In this document: positions 11,178 through 20,750 of the stretch, piece after piece
How positions within the stretch are numbered: the first letter of the stretch is position 1
Layout: each line of letters starts with the position of its first letter
Source of the DNA: Nitrospirota bacterium
GTDB taxonomy: Bacteria > Nitrospirota > Nitrospiria > JACQBZ01
DNA length: 64,000 bases
NCBI GenBank assembly: GCA_016201865.1
Contig: JACQCA010000039.1
Location: 5,327-69,326, forward strand
Reading direction: 5' to 3'
Program-made: the position numbers and the translations under genes
The notes under the pieces: model-generated
Database searches by the model: none
What the model was told of the DNA's origin: nothing
What the model saw: the letters and a program-made list of their open reading frames with translations, nothing else

Positions 11178-11654
11178 TCAAATCCCCTCCAGCCGCGCCT
11201 GCTCGTCGCCGGACAGCAAGGTATCCGGGGATAAGATGAACAGCAGTTGCTCATTCACCTTACAAACCCCGCGAAGGTGTTTTGAACCGGTCCCCTTAAA
11301 GATATGTTGCGGAGCCTGAATCTGTCCTTCATCAACGGAGAGAACCTGCTGGACTTCGTCCACCACAATGCCGATGGTTTTGTCATGGACGCGGACGATC
11401 AGGATATGATTGGGACGGCGGTCGGTCTTCGAGAGCAACTGAAGTCGTTTCTTGAGATCCAGAACCGGGATGACGCGGTTGCGCAGATCCACCACCCCTT
11501 CGATGAACTCGGGCGATTGGGGAAGGGGGGTGGCCTTCTTATAATAAATAATCTCGATGATCTTGGTGATATCAATCGCGTATTGCTTATCGTCCACCTT
11601 AAAACTGACGACCTGAAATTCACCGGCCTTGTCCTTGCTCTCCGTCTTCGGCAT
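11178..11654 (-). CDS. cheW: Chemotaxis coupling protein CheW
   Basis: PEFIEGVVDLRNRVIPVLDL, GIVVDEV. Confidence 0.93.
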   Translation of the reverse strand: MPKTESKDKAGEFQVVSFKVDDKQYAIDITKIIEIIYYKKATPLPQSPEFIEGVVDLRNRVIPVLDLKKRLQLLSKTDRRPNHILIVRVHDKTIGIVVDEVQQVLSVDEGQIQAPQHIFKGTGSKHLRGVCKVNEQLLFILSPDTLLSGDEQARLEGI

Positions 11655-11663
11655 GGATGCCCC

Positions 11664-13808
11664 TCACGACTTTACCTTGAAGCGTCCGATGGATTGTTTA
11701 AGATGCTCCGCCTGTTTGGCCAGATCCTCGACCATCGTGTTCATTTCGGACACCACCTTCACGCTCTGCCGCGAGAGGCTCCGCCCGTCTTCCACCGAAC
11801 GCATGATCACCTCACTTTCACGTTTCTGTTCATTGATGGCATGGGCGATCTGTTGGACGCGTTCCGTGACGTTTCCGACCGCTTTGGTGATCTGACGGCT
11901 CCCCTTGGCCTGTTCTTCCGTCGACATCTTGACCTGACGGGTCATGTCCCTCATCCGCTCGGAGGCCTGCATGATCTGCTCGCTGCCCCGGCTCTGTTCC
12001 TGGGTCGCCTTGGAAATCTGCTGCACCATGGTGTTGATACGCTGGATGGAGTCGGTCACCAGTCGAATTCCCCGCGTCTGTTCGACCGTGGCCCGTTCGA
12101 TCTCCCGGGCCATCCCCGTGGATTTGGTGGCCGTATCGAGGATCTTCTTGAGGGCCTCCCCCGCCTCCAAGGAGAGGCGCACCCCCTCTTCAGTGCTCTT
12201 GGCCCCGTCCCGGACCGATTCCACGGCGTCCTTGGCCTCGGCCTGCACATTGCCGATCAACTGGGCGATTTCTTTCGTGGACGTCCCGGTGCGATCCGCA
12301 AGATTTTTAATTTCATCCGCCACCACGGCAAAACCTTTTCCCTGCTCGCCGGCCTGCGCGGCCAGAATGGCGGCGTTTAACGCCAACAGATTGGTCTGTT
12401 TCGTCACCTCATCAATGACCGTCAGGATCTTGCCGATCTGCTCCGAACGTTCGCCCAGGCGATTGATGACATCCGCCGATTTGACGACGGTTTCCCGAAT
12501 CTTATTCATCCCGGAAATCGTTTTCTCGATGGATTTCATCCCCAGCTCTTTCGCATCTTTGGTGACCTGCTCCGAGAGCATCGCGGACTCTTTCGCATGG
12601 TTCTCCACCTCGCGGACGGTGCTGTTGATTTCATTGACGGCGGACGCCGTTTCTTCGGCGGCGGAGGAAAGGATCGTCACGTTGTCGGCAACCTGCTTGA
12701 CGGAAGCGGACATTTGGATGATGGAGGACGAGGTGTCGTCCACCGCCGTCGACAGTCCGGCGGAATTGTTCGCCACCTCCCCGATCGAGGAGCTCATCTC
12801 CAGGATCGAGGAGGAGGTTTCTTCGGCTGAAGAAGAAAGAATCTCGACGCCCTCCGCGATCTGCTTGATCGAGCCGTTCATCTGTTCGATCGAAGAGGCC
12901 GCCTTTTCGGTCGAGCCGGCCTGGGTCTGAGCGCCCTCATACATCTGCTTGCTGCTGGTATTTAATCGGCCGGATGTGTGAGCCACATTGTCCGCGACTT
13001 CTTGGATCTGTTGGATCATGAGGCTCAGATTGCCGGACATCTTGTCGAAGGTCGCCCCTAAAACGCCCACCTCGTCTTGGGAAGTGGCATGAACCTTTTG
13101 GGTGAAGTCGCCGTCGGCGATCTTGACGGCGGCGCCCGCCATCTGCTCGATCGGCCGGACGATCAACCGGACAAAGACGGCCGAGACCGCAATGCCCAGG
13201 GCGACCACGATCACGGTCATGAAGATGACCACGGCCACCAGCCCCCTTAACTTCTCATTGAGGCTGCCCGGAGAAAGCCCGATGCGGACCACCCCGATGC
13301 GCTCCGATTCCGACGCCCCGCCCGATTTCGACTCGACGGCCCCGGAAAAATCGCCCTTTGCAACGACGGGAGACGCGATGTCGTAGACCGTTTCCATTTT
13401 CCTCATCGTGGCCGACTGGACCAGCGGCTCCCTGGCCTCCAACGCGTTCTTCGTGGTCTCGTCCGTCAGCGATTTGCCGACCTCGGATGCAGTGCTGTGC
13501 GCCAGGATCTTTCCTTGACGATCCATGATCATCACGTAGGCCACGTCGGATTCCGCGACGATCCCCTTCACAAAGCGGTCCAGAACCCCGGTATCCTCGA
13601 TCGAGACGCCGTAGGTGCTGTTGTAGGCCAGGTTCTTGGCCAGCGAGATGCCTCGCCGTTTGAGTTCCTCCTCAAGGGAGGTCTTGGTCCGATGAATAAA
13701 CAGCCATCCCAGGCTTGTGCCGGATACGATCAAGAGCAAGCTGATCAGCGCGATGAATTTAAACCGCAGACCGTATCGCCCGCCGCCAATTTTCAGTATC
13801 TGCAACAT
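11664..13808 (-). CDS. Methyl-accepting chemotaxis protein (short Cache-like periplasmic domain)
   Basis: Two TMs, [14 protein letters not shown] Cache/PAS-like strand, [35 protein letters not shown]. Confidence 0.93.
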   Translation of the reverse strand: MLQILKIGGGRYGLRFKFIALISLLLIVSGTSLGWLFIHRTKTSLEEELKRRGISLAKNLAYNSTYGVSIEDTGVLDRFVKGIVAESDVAYVMIMDRQGKILAHSTASEVGKSLTDETTKNALEAREPLVQSATMRKMETVYDIASPVVAKGDFSGAVESKSGGASESERIGVVRIGLSPGSLNEKLRGLVAVVIFMTVIVVALGIAVSAVFVRLIVRPIEQMAGAAVKIADGDFTQKVHATSQDEVGVLGATFDKMSGNLSLMIQQIQEVADNVAHTSGRLNTSSKQMYEGAQTQAGSTEKAASSIEQMNGSIKQIAEGVEILSSSAEETSSSILEMSSSIGEVANNSAGLSTAVDDTSSSIIQMSASVKQVADNVTILSSAAEETASAVNEINSTVREVENHAKESAMLSEQVTKDAKELGMKSIEKTISGMNKIRETVVKSADVINRLGERSEQIGKILTVIDEVTKQTNLLALNAAILAAQAGEQGKGFAVVADEIKNLADRTGTSTKEIAQLIGNVQAEAKDAVESVRDGAKSTEEGVRLSLEAGEALKKILDTATKSTGMAREIERATVEQTRGIRLVTDSIQRINTMVQQISKATQEQSRGSEQIMQASERMRDMTRQVKMSTEEQAKGSRQITKAVGNVTERVQQIAHAINEQKRESEVIMRSVEDGRSLSRQSVKVVSEMNTMVEDLAKQAEHLKQSIGRFKVKS

Positions 13809-13840
13809 GGCCCCCTCCCGTTGGTTCGATCAAAGGCGGT

Positions 13841-14419
13841 TCAAGACGCCTTTGAAGGAAATAGCTCGGACAGATTAGAAATAATATCCGCGGTAAACCG
13901 TCTGATCTGTTCGGAATCGACTTCCGATCCCAGGGTTCGGAATAATTCCGTAAACGTCTTTTTGATCTTTGTGTCCGCGGCAAAATCCTTTTTCTGGGCA
14001 TACGGGGACAACAGCTCATAGTTCAGTCGGGCGATCTTGAGCAGCGTCTTAGAACCATCCGGTGATGCCGCCGCCTGCTGGAGCGCTTCGTCCAAGAGAT
14101 CCTTAACATCCAGGACGATTAAGGCCTGCACGCTTAATAGAATTTCATCCGGGTCCCCTTTGTCCACGGCCTTCTTGATCCCTTTCGAGGGGTTATCTTT
14201 GAACTTCGTCCCGATATGATTCACGATCGGCGAAAGGACAGTCAACGATCCCATCACCTTGGCGTATTCTTTCCGATCCGCAAAATTGAGCATGGACTGG
14301 TAAACCTCCACCGGCGGAACCCCCACCGCGTTTCGATACGCTTGCGCCAGCGCGCGATCGGCGTTTAGAAAACCGATCGTCATTGCAACCCAAAAAACAA
14401 CCGTCATTCGTTGCGTCAT
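13841..14419 (-). CDS. Secreted helical protein of unknown function, paralogue 1
   Basis: Start reassigned to ATG 14419 (GGAGAGG RBS); signal peptide ending ALA-QA; ~74% identical to 14575-15174 over the core by manual count. Confidence 0.8.
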   Translation of the reverse strand: MTQRMTVVFWVAMTIGFLNADRALAQAYRNAVGVPPVEVYQSMLNFADRKEYAKVMGSLTVLSPIVNHIGTKFKDNPSKGIKKAVDKGDPDEILLSVQALIVLDVKDLLDEALQQAAASPDGSKTLLKIARLNYELLSPYAQKKDFAADTKIKKTFTELFRTLGSEVDSEQIRRFTADIISNLSELFPSKAS

Positions 14420-14435
14420 GGGACACCTCTCCGGG

Positions 14436-14537
14436 TTAAAAGTCCAGCACCGCCTGGGCACCTCTCACAAAAACCGCCGATATCAGCCCTGCCATGCAAA
14501 GGGCAAGACATGAAAGATCATATTTTTTAACGCGCAT
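14436..14537 (-). pseudogene. 33-codon micro-ORF: signal peptide fused to a porin-like C-terminus (probable internally deleted porin gene)
   Basis: MRVKKYDLSCLALCMAGLISAVFVRGAQAVLDF* with GGAGG 5 nt upstream; QAVLDF* versus QAVVDF* at the end of porin 17426-18607. Confidence 0.6.
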
Positions 14538-14574
14538 TCGACCCTCCGCGGGTTGATCCTCCGTCATCATTTCC

Positions 14575-15174
14575 TTATGCCCCTTTTACCACAAATACTT
14601 TCGACAGGTTAAAGACAATTTCCACCCATAGTCGCTTGAGCTGATTCGTATTGACCCGGGTCTTCTCGGCCGAGTAGAGCGATTCCGATCCCAGCAGCCG
14701 GAAGGAGTCCGTAAAATTCTTCTTGATCTTCTGGTCTGCGGGAAAATCCTTTTTCTGGACATAAGACGACAAGAGTTCGTAGTTCAGGCGGGCGGTTCTG
14801 ACCTGTGTCTTGGAAGCCTCCGGCGATTGGTCGACCTGTCTAATCGCCTCGTCCAGCAGATCTTTCATATCCAGGATAATCAGGGTCTGAACGCTCAGCA
14901 GTATTTCATCCGGACGGCCTTTATCAATGGCCTTTTTGATCCCATCCAAAGGATTGTCCGTAAACTTTGCCGTGATATGATTCACAATCGGCGCGAGGGT
15001 ATTCAACGAGCCGATCACTTTGGCATATTCTTTCTGGTCCACAAAATTCAGCATGGACTGATACACTTCGACCGGAGGAACCTGCACCGCATTGCGGTAG
15101 GACTGGGCCCGGACATCATGGGCGTCGATAAAAATCAATGCCGTTAAAAAAAGAAGAACCCGACACCGCATCAT
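14575..15174 (-). CDS. Secreted helical protein of unknown function, paralogue 2
   Basis: Start reassigned to ATG 15174 (GAGG RBS); signal peptide ending VRA-QS; YRNAVxVPPVEVYQSMLNF shared with paralogue 1. Confidence 0.8.
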   Translation of the reverse strand: MMRCRVLLFLTALIFIDAHDVRAQSYRNAVQVPPVEVYQSMLNFVDQKEYAKVIGSLNTLAPIVNHITAKFTDNPLDGIKKAIDKGRPDEILLSVQTLIILDMKDLLDEAIRQVDQSPEASKTQVRTARLNYELLSSYVQKKDFPADQKIKKNFTDSFRLLGSESLYSAEKTRVNTNQLKRLWVEIVFNLSKVFVVKGA

Positions 15175-15235
15175 GTCATCCTCAACCTCGGCGCCTGATG
15201 ACCACCGTTCAATGGAAAACGCCGCACTCCAAGTG

Positions 15236-15958
15236 CTATTCCGACGTGATTGCTTTTTCAAGGTCCAAAAGAATCAAAAGACGCCCGTTGACGCGCGCCA
15301 TGCCTTTGAGATGTCCGGATAACGAACCGCCGCCGGTCGTCGGGGGCGGCTCGATCTGACTCGACTTTACTTTGACCACTTCGGTCACCTGATCCGCAAT
15401 CAGGCCGATCAATCCTTTTTCAAGTACGACCACCACGATCCGCGTCGCGCGGTCGGGAAGCGATTCGGTCAATCCCAAACGCGTTCGAAGATCAAAAACT
15501 GGAATGATCATCCCGCGGAGTGAAATGATTCCTTTGATGAACGGCCTTGTTCTCGGAACCGATGTAATCTCGACCGATCGGATGATCTCCTTGATCATCA
15601 GAATATCGATGGTATATTCTTCATCCGCCAATCGAAAGGCCAGCAGCTCCAGGATCATTTCGGATTCGGCCGCAGCCGCCTCCGGCCTATCGGGGGCGTC
15701 AAGCGGCACGACAGACGAATCCGCCGGTGGGGTCTCCGACGTCGTATCCGGCAAGACAGGCGAATCCTTCACTTCAGCCGTTTCGCTCAGGACAACCGTC
15801 GGTCGTGCGGCTTCCGCGGTGGTTTCACCGGTTTTCCCCAAGGGGGGGCTGAAAGAAACCGTCTCGGGCGAGGCGGCCGCCGTCCCTCTCGTTCGCTTGG
15901 GGTTTCCAACGGCCGACGTTCGTTTCCGCCTCTTGCTTTTCGCCATGGGGTCCTTCAA
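15236..15958 (-). CDS. cheW: CheW with long disordered N-terminal extension
   Basis: RPFIKGIISLRGMIIPVFDLR, GLIADQV; P/S/T/A-rich N-terminus; start may be 15946. Confidence 0.88.
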   Translation of the reverse strand: MKDPMAKSKRRKRTSAVGNPKRTRGTAAASPETVSFSPPLGKTGETTAEAARPTVVLSETAEVKDSPVLPDTTSETPPADSSVVPLDAPDRPEAAAAESEMILELLAFRLADEEYTIDILMIKEIIRSVEITSVPRTRPFIKGIISLRGMIIPVFDLRTRLGLTESLPDRATRIVVVVLEKGLIGLIADQVTEVVKVKSSQIEPPPTTGGGSLSGHLKGMARVNGRLLILLDLEKAITSE

Positions 15959-16878
15959 ACCGTAACGATGCAGTTGCGTCCTTGGGACTTGGCCCTATAG
16001 AGCGCGTCGTCCGCGCGTTCTAAGAGCGCCTCGTGATCATCGGGACTGTCCGGATAGAGCGTTGTGATCCCCATGCTCACGGTGATCCGAATCGGCCGTC
16101 GGGCCCCGACTTTTTCAAAGGCATGTCCTTCAACGGACTTCCGGACCCGTTCGGCCAAGCCTTGGGTCCCGTCCGGACGGGCCTGCTGTGGAAAAACCAG
16201 CGTGAATTCATCCCCGCCGTATCGAGCCGCAAAATCGTAGCCGCGGATTAAGTCGCCCAACAGCCCTCCCAATTCCTTTAATACATGGTCTCCGCGCGTG
16301 TGGCCGTGCGTATCGTTGACCTCCTTAAAGTGATCCACATCCATCATGATGCAGGACAGCATGAATTTAAACCGCTTGGCCCGATTCACTTCCCGACGCA
16401 AGAACTCGATCAAGTATTTTTTATTGTATAAACCGGTCAGCCCGTCAATAATCGAAAGCCGTTCCAATTGGTGAATCCGGGTCCGTAAGCTGTCCTGAAG
16501 CGCTTTGACTCGAAGCATCGCCTTGATGCGGGCTAGTAATTCCACGGGATGGACCGGTTTGACCAGGAAATCCCAAGCGCCCCGCTCCAGCCCCTTCACG
16601 CGATCCTCAAGATCCGACCGAACGCTCAATAAGATGACGGGAATACCGTTAAAACGTTCGTCGCTCTTTAAGGTTTCGATGAGTTGAAACCCATCCATCA
16701 CGGGCATCATCAGATCGGTCAGAATAAGATCCACTTTTTTATCCGAGATCAGCTTGAGGGCTTCAGCGCCGTTGCTCGCTTCAAGAACGGATTCCAAGGA
16801 CTTCTCTTTGCGGAGGGTTTGGATGATCTCACGGCGGGTGGTCTTCGAATCATCCACGATCAAAACATTCATACCCAT
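15955..16878 (-). CDS. REC-GGDEF diguanylate cyclase (WspR-like architecture)
   Basis: IVDDS, TDLMMP, KP receiver; DGLTGLYN, DVDHFKEVND, RGYD I-site, RYGGDEF. Confidence 0.93.
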   Translation of the reverse strand: MGMNVLIVDDSKTTRREIIQTLRKEKSLESVLEASNGAEALKLISDKKVDLILTDLMMPVMDGFQLIETLKSDERFNGIPVILLSVRSDLEDRVKGLERGAWDFLVKPVHPVELLARIKAMLRVKALQDSLRTRIHQLERLSIIDGLTGLYNKKYLIEFLRREVNRAKRFKFMLSCIMMDVDHFKEVNDTHGHTRGDHVLKELGGLLGDLIRGYDFAARYGGDEFTLVFPQQARPDGTQGLAERVRKSVEGHAFEKVGARRPIRITVSMGITTLYPDSPDDHEALLERADDALYRAKSQGRNCIVTV

Positions 16879-16923
16879 ATGGGCGGGATCCTCAAGGATG
16901 AATGGGTTTGAAAATATACGGGC

Positions 16924-16952
16924 ACTTTACCCCAGAACAAAAGTCTTGTCAA
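16924..16952 (-). promoter_or_regulatory. Putative sigma70 promoter of the GGDEF-cheW-MCP operon
   Basis: Minus strand TTGACA-17 nt-TAAAGT. Confidence 0.6.
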
Positions 16953-16985
16953 TAAAAACTGATAAATCAACATGGTCGTTTACCT

Positions 16986-17246
16986 TCAGGAAAACAGATC
17001 GGGCCGTCCCTTCTTCACCTTATCCAATGCGCGACTGACTAAGAACCCTTCATCCGTTAATAACTTAACCTGTTTTAAGATCTCGAGGTCCTGTTCACTG
17101 AATCGCTTAAAGAACTTTAAGCCGTGCTGTTCTAAATGTGGAGCGACGATCCCGATAAGAATCCAATACTCCAGCTGTCGTAATGAAATACCCACTTGTC
17201 GGCAGACTTCGGACGTTCCATACAGTTCTGCGCCCAGCTTAGACAT
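16986..17246 (-). CDS. Small MerR-family HTH protein without effector domain
   Basis: MSKLGAELYGTSEVCRQVGISLRQLEYW then RFSEQDL; start reassigned to ATG 17246 (GGAGG RBS). Confidence 0.8.
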   Translation of the reverse strand: MSKLGAELYGTSEVCRQVGISLRQLEYWILIGIVAPHLEQHGLKFFKRFSEQDLEILKQVKLLTDEGFLVSRALDKVKKGRPDLFS

Positions 17247-17344
17247 CGTCGGAAAACCTCCCGCGTTTTCAGTATAGCACATCCCACAGAATTGTGGGTT
17301 TGAACAAAGACAATTTTCGGTTTTCCCATAACTATTCAATTTTC

Positions 17345-17373
17345 TTGACAATAGCCTATTTCTTATGTATTGT
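17345..17373 (+). promoter_or_regulatory. Putative sigma70 promoter of the porin gene
   Basis: TTGACA-17 nt-TATTGT with TG extension in an AT-rich divergent intergenic region; AGGAGG RBS before 17426. Confidence 0.6.
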
Positions 17374-17425
17374 GATATAGTTTATGTGCTGATAGCTCTA
17401 AACCTGACAGATAGGAGGATGTTCT

Positions 17426-18607
17426 ATGAAACAAATCCGTAGAAATCTGGTGATCCTAAGCGTGATCGGGTTATTAGCCTTTGGAAGCGGCATCGGTTAT
17501 GCAGCCGAAACGTCAAAGGTATCCGGGCTCCAATACGGAAGCCCGGATACCTTTGCGGAGTTTCACGGGTTCATCAATCTTGAATATTTCGATTTCCAGA
17601 AAGATGGACAGAGCGATGAGGTCGGAGGCCCGGGAACATCCACGTTCGACCTCCACAACTTCTATTTCAATTCGCTTGCGAAGATCAGACAAAACCTCAC
17701 CGTCTTAAGTGAAGTGGAATACGAACACGGCGGCAGCGGCGAGATCACCTTGGACCGCGGCTTCCTTGATTGGAACCTGGCCGCCGATTATCTTTCGCTC
17801 CGTCTGGGCAAGTTCTACTCTCCGTTCGGACTTGAAATTCGAGATTATCAAGCCCCGATTCGTAAGCTGATCAGCCGACCCCTCATGACGGACGCACTGC
17901 TCTTCACCGAATGGACCGAGGTCGGCGTCAACGCCTATGGCCGGATCAAGCCCGATCCGGTCGGATTGACCTATGAGGTTGCGGTTGTGAACGGGCCTGG
18001 CGATAAGGATAAAAATGGCAATCCGATCGATTTTCTAACGCAAGGCGAAGCAGCCCGCCAGGACCGGGACAACAACTCAAGCAGAGACGTCATCGCGCGG
18101 GTCAGCGTTCCGTTTCAACTGGATGAAAGCCTGATTGAAATCGGCGGGTCCTATAGCGGCGGCCGGTACAGCGCGACCGACGCCCCCGAAAAACTGAACT
18201 TTTCTCTAATGGGCGGTGATCTTCAGGTCCAGGCGGCCGGTCTTGTTCTGCGCGGAGAGTATGTGAAAAGAAAGGCGGATGTCCCGGGCCCGGTCACGGG
18301 CAAGGTGAAGGTGGATTCCAAAAGCTATTATGTGCAGGGCTCCTACCGCTTGAACTTCAATGAGGAAGGACTGAATTACTTAGAACCGGTAATCCGGTAT
18401 GATTATCTCGACCCCGACACGGATACCAAGAAGAAGAAGGATGAGACGACCCAGATCGCACTGGGAATCGGTTACTCTCCTTATCCCCATTTTGTCATGA
18501 GAGCCGAATACCAGATAAATAACAGGAAGAACGATCCGACGACAGCGGTAGATGAATCGAAGTATCATCTCAACGGCTATCTCCTTCAAGCCGTCGTGGA
18601 TTTCTAA
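17426..18607 (+). CDS. Outer-membrane beta-barrel / porin-like protein
   Basis: Signal peptide, amphipathic beta-strands, EVEYEHGG and LRLGKFYSPFG motifs, terminal Phe (QAVVDF). Confidence 0.82.
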   Translation: MKQIRRNLVILSVIGLLAFGSGIGYAAETSKVSGLQYGSPDTFAEFHGFINLEYFDFQKDGQSDEVGGPGTSTFDLHNFYFNSLAKIRQNLTVLSEVEYEHGGSGEITLDRGFLDWNLAADYLSLRLGKFYSPFGLEIRDYQAPIRKLISRPLMTDALLFTEWTEVGVNAYGRIKPDPVGLTYEVAVVNGPGDKDKNGNPIDFLTQGEAARQDRDNNSSRDVIARVSVPFQLDESLIEIGGSYSGGRYSATDAPEKLNFSLMGGDLQVQAAGLVLRGEYVKRKADVPGPVTGKVKVDSKSYYVQGSYRLNFNEEGLNYLEPVIRYDYLDPDTDTKKKKDETTQIALGIGYSPYPHFVMRAEYQINNRKNDPTTAVDESKYHLNGYLLQAVVDF

Positions 18608-18614
18608 CCGAAAC

Positions 18615-18647
18615 AAAAAAGGGGCGGGTTTAAACCCGCCCCTTTTT
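18615..18647. terminator. Bidirectional intrinsic terminator between porin and cheA
   Basis: AAAAAA-GGGGCGGGTTTAAACCCGCCCC-TTTTT, a palindrome with A and T tails between convergent genes. Confidence 0.9.
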
Positions 18648-18664
18648 CTTCATGGGCTTCATCT

Positions 18665-20725
18665 TCACGGCCGAGCAGCCGCTTTCCGCTTCGAATCCTG
18701 CTCGGCCTTTTTATCGCCGGCATGGGCCTGCGTCGCCTCCTCGATCAAAGCCGCGACATCCAGGACCAAAATCGTTTTCTGGTTGCCCAGCTCGGTCGCT
18801 CCGGCGATGCCCGGCGTGTCGCGCAGGAAGTCCCCCAGCGATTTGATCACGATCTCCTGTTGCCCCTCAATGGCGTCCACCACCAACCCGAGGCGTTTTT
18901 CGGCGAGCCCGACCACGATGACATAGAGACGGCCCTCTTGCGATGGACCGGCCGAGAGATGGAACAGATCCTTGATCCTCAACAGGGAAAGGGTGTGATC
19001 CCGAAGCTGGATCACTTCCCGCCTTTCCACGGTTCGGATGTCTTTCTGCTGGATCATCAGGCTTTCGGAAACCGAGTTCAACGGAATGGCGTAGATCTCC
19101 GCGCCGATGCGCACGACCAAGGCCTTGATGATGATCAACGTGATGGGCAGCGTGATTGAAAACTGGGTGCCTCTTCCCACCTCGGTCTCCACGTCCACCA
19201 TCCCGCTCAGCTTGCTGATGTTCTTGGCCACCACATCCAGTCCCACGCCGCGGCCCGAGACTTCCGTGACCTCGTCCGCCGTGCTGAAACCGGGGCTGAA
19301 CAAGACATTGATCAGCTCCCGCCGATCGTATTCCTTATTTTTATCCAGCAGGCCTCGCTCCAGTCCTTTTTTATAGACCTTCGCCAGATCGATCCCCATG
19401 CCGTCGTCCTCGACCTCGATGACGACGTTATTCCCTTTTTGGATCGCCCGCAGGCTGATGATCCCGACGTCCGGCTTCCCGGTTTTCCGGCGCTCCTCCT
19501 TTGTTTCGATCCCGTGGTCCAGCGAATTGCGGATCAAGTGCATCAACGGATCCGCGATCTCCTCGATCATGGATTTGTCCAGCTTGGTTTCCTCTCCCGA
19601 GATCTGGAGATCCACCTCCTTACCGAGTTCCCGCGACAGTTTTCGAACCACACGAACCAGTCGGTCGAAAACCTGTCCGATCGGGATCATCCGAATCTCG
19701 ATCAACCCTTCCTGGAGCTCCCCGACGCGGCGGTCCAAGGCCTGGTAGGCTTTTTGTAATTCGACGCCTTCGGTCGTAAAGCCGCGGTTTGCGCGCATTT
19801 CTTTTCCGATCTGCCCGATCACCGCTTTGTTCAAGACCAGCTCACCCACGATGTTCAGAAGAGAGTCCAGTTTGCCGATATCCACCCGAACGGTCGGCGT
19901 AATGCTTCGAATCGTTTCACCGGGTTTGTCCTCGCCCTGGGCCGGCATCGCCGCGGCGGGGGCCTCGTCCGTCGGGGTTCTCTTCCCCTTCGGCCCGATC
20001 GCCTTGATCTCAAGCCGCTCCTCGGATAATTGGGATCGGATCGTCTCGATGTCGGCCTGGGTCCCGAGGATCAGGTTAAAGAGGATCCCCGTTTCAGGGG
20101 ACATTCCCGGACTGGGCAACGTCGAAATAATCTCGCCCAGGGACTGCAATCGTTGGCTTAACTTAGCCAAATCCTTGTCGAAGGTTTCCAGTTTAAATCG
20201 CGCGGTGAGTTCGAAGAGATTCAGGTTCAGCCGTATGTTTTCGTTCAGACGGTGGGTTTCGTACTCGGTCAGCACTTTGAGGACACCCGGATCGATTCCC
20301 TCAATCCCGGCCGAAGACGTCTGCGTCGCCTCGCCGGTCATGACCTCTTGGATCTGCCGGAGAAGGGCGGCGATGTCGGCCAGCTCCCCCTTGCCGCCAT
20401 TCACGTCGGCGATCATCCCCCGGATCAGCTCCATCCCTTTAAAGAGGGTATCCATCACCGGCGGACTTAAACCGAGCTTCCCCATCCTCAGATGGTCCAG
20501 CATGTCTTCCAGGCGATGGCTGACCTCCGAGACTTTTTTCAGACCCACCATGCCGGACATGCCCTTCAAGGTGTGCGCGGCCCGGAAGATCGCGTTTAAG
20601 ACATCCGGCCGCACCGCGGTCTTATCCTCCGTGGCCTCCAGCTCGAGAAGATTCTGGTTCAGCCTTTCGATGATCTCTTCGGCCTCGGCCACAAATTCTT
20701 TGAGGGAGTCTTCTTTCTTGGCCAT
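18665..20725 (-). CDS. cheA: Chemotaxis histidine kinase CheA
   Basis: Hpt FRAAHTLKG, HLIRNSLDHGIE, DDGMG, SGRGVGLDVV, C-terminal CheW-like P5 domain. Confidence 0.97.
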   Translation of the reverse strand: MAKKEDSLKEFVAEAEEIIERLNQNLLELEATEDKTAVRPDVLNAIFRAAHTLKGMSGMVGLKKVSEVSHRLEDMLDHLRMGKLGLSPPVMDTLFKGMELIRGMIADVNGGKGELADIAALLRQIQEVMTGEATQTSSAGIEGIDPGVLKVLTEYETHRLNENIRLNLNLFELTARFKLETFDKDLAKLSQRLQSLGEIISTLPSPGMSPETGILFNLILGTQADIETIRSQLSEERLEIKAIGPKGKRTPTDEAPAAAMPAQGEDKPGETIRSITPTVRVDIGKLDSLLNIVGELVLNKAVIGQIGKEMRANRGFTTEGVELQKAYQALDRRVGELQEGLIEIRMIPIGQVFDRLVRVVRKLSRELGKEVDLQISGEETKLDKSMIEEIADPLMHLIRNSLDHGIETKEERRKTGKPDVGIISLRAIQKGNNVVIEVEDDGMGIDLAKVYKKGLERGLLDKNKEYDRRELINVLFSPGFSTADEVTEVSGRGVGLDVVAKNISKLSGMVDVETEVGRGTQFSITLPITLIIIKALVVRIGAEIYAIPLNSVSESLMIQQKDIRTVERREVIQLRDHTLSLLRIKDLFHLSAGPSQEGRLYVIVVGLAEKRLGLVVDAIEGQQEIVIKSLGDFLRDTPGIAGATELGNQKTILVLDVAALIEEATQAHAGDKKAEQDSKRKAAARP

Positions 20726-20750
20726 TTCGCGCTTCCCGATCTTCAGGGCG

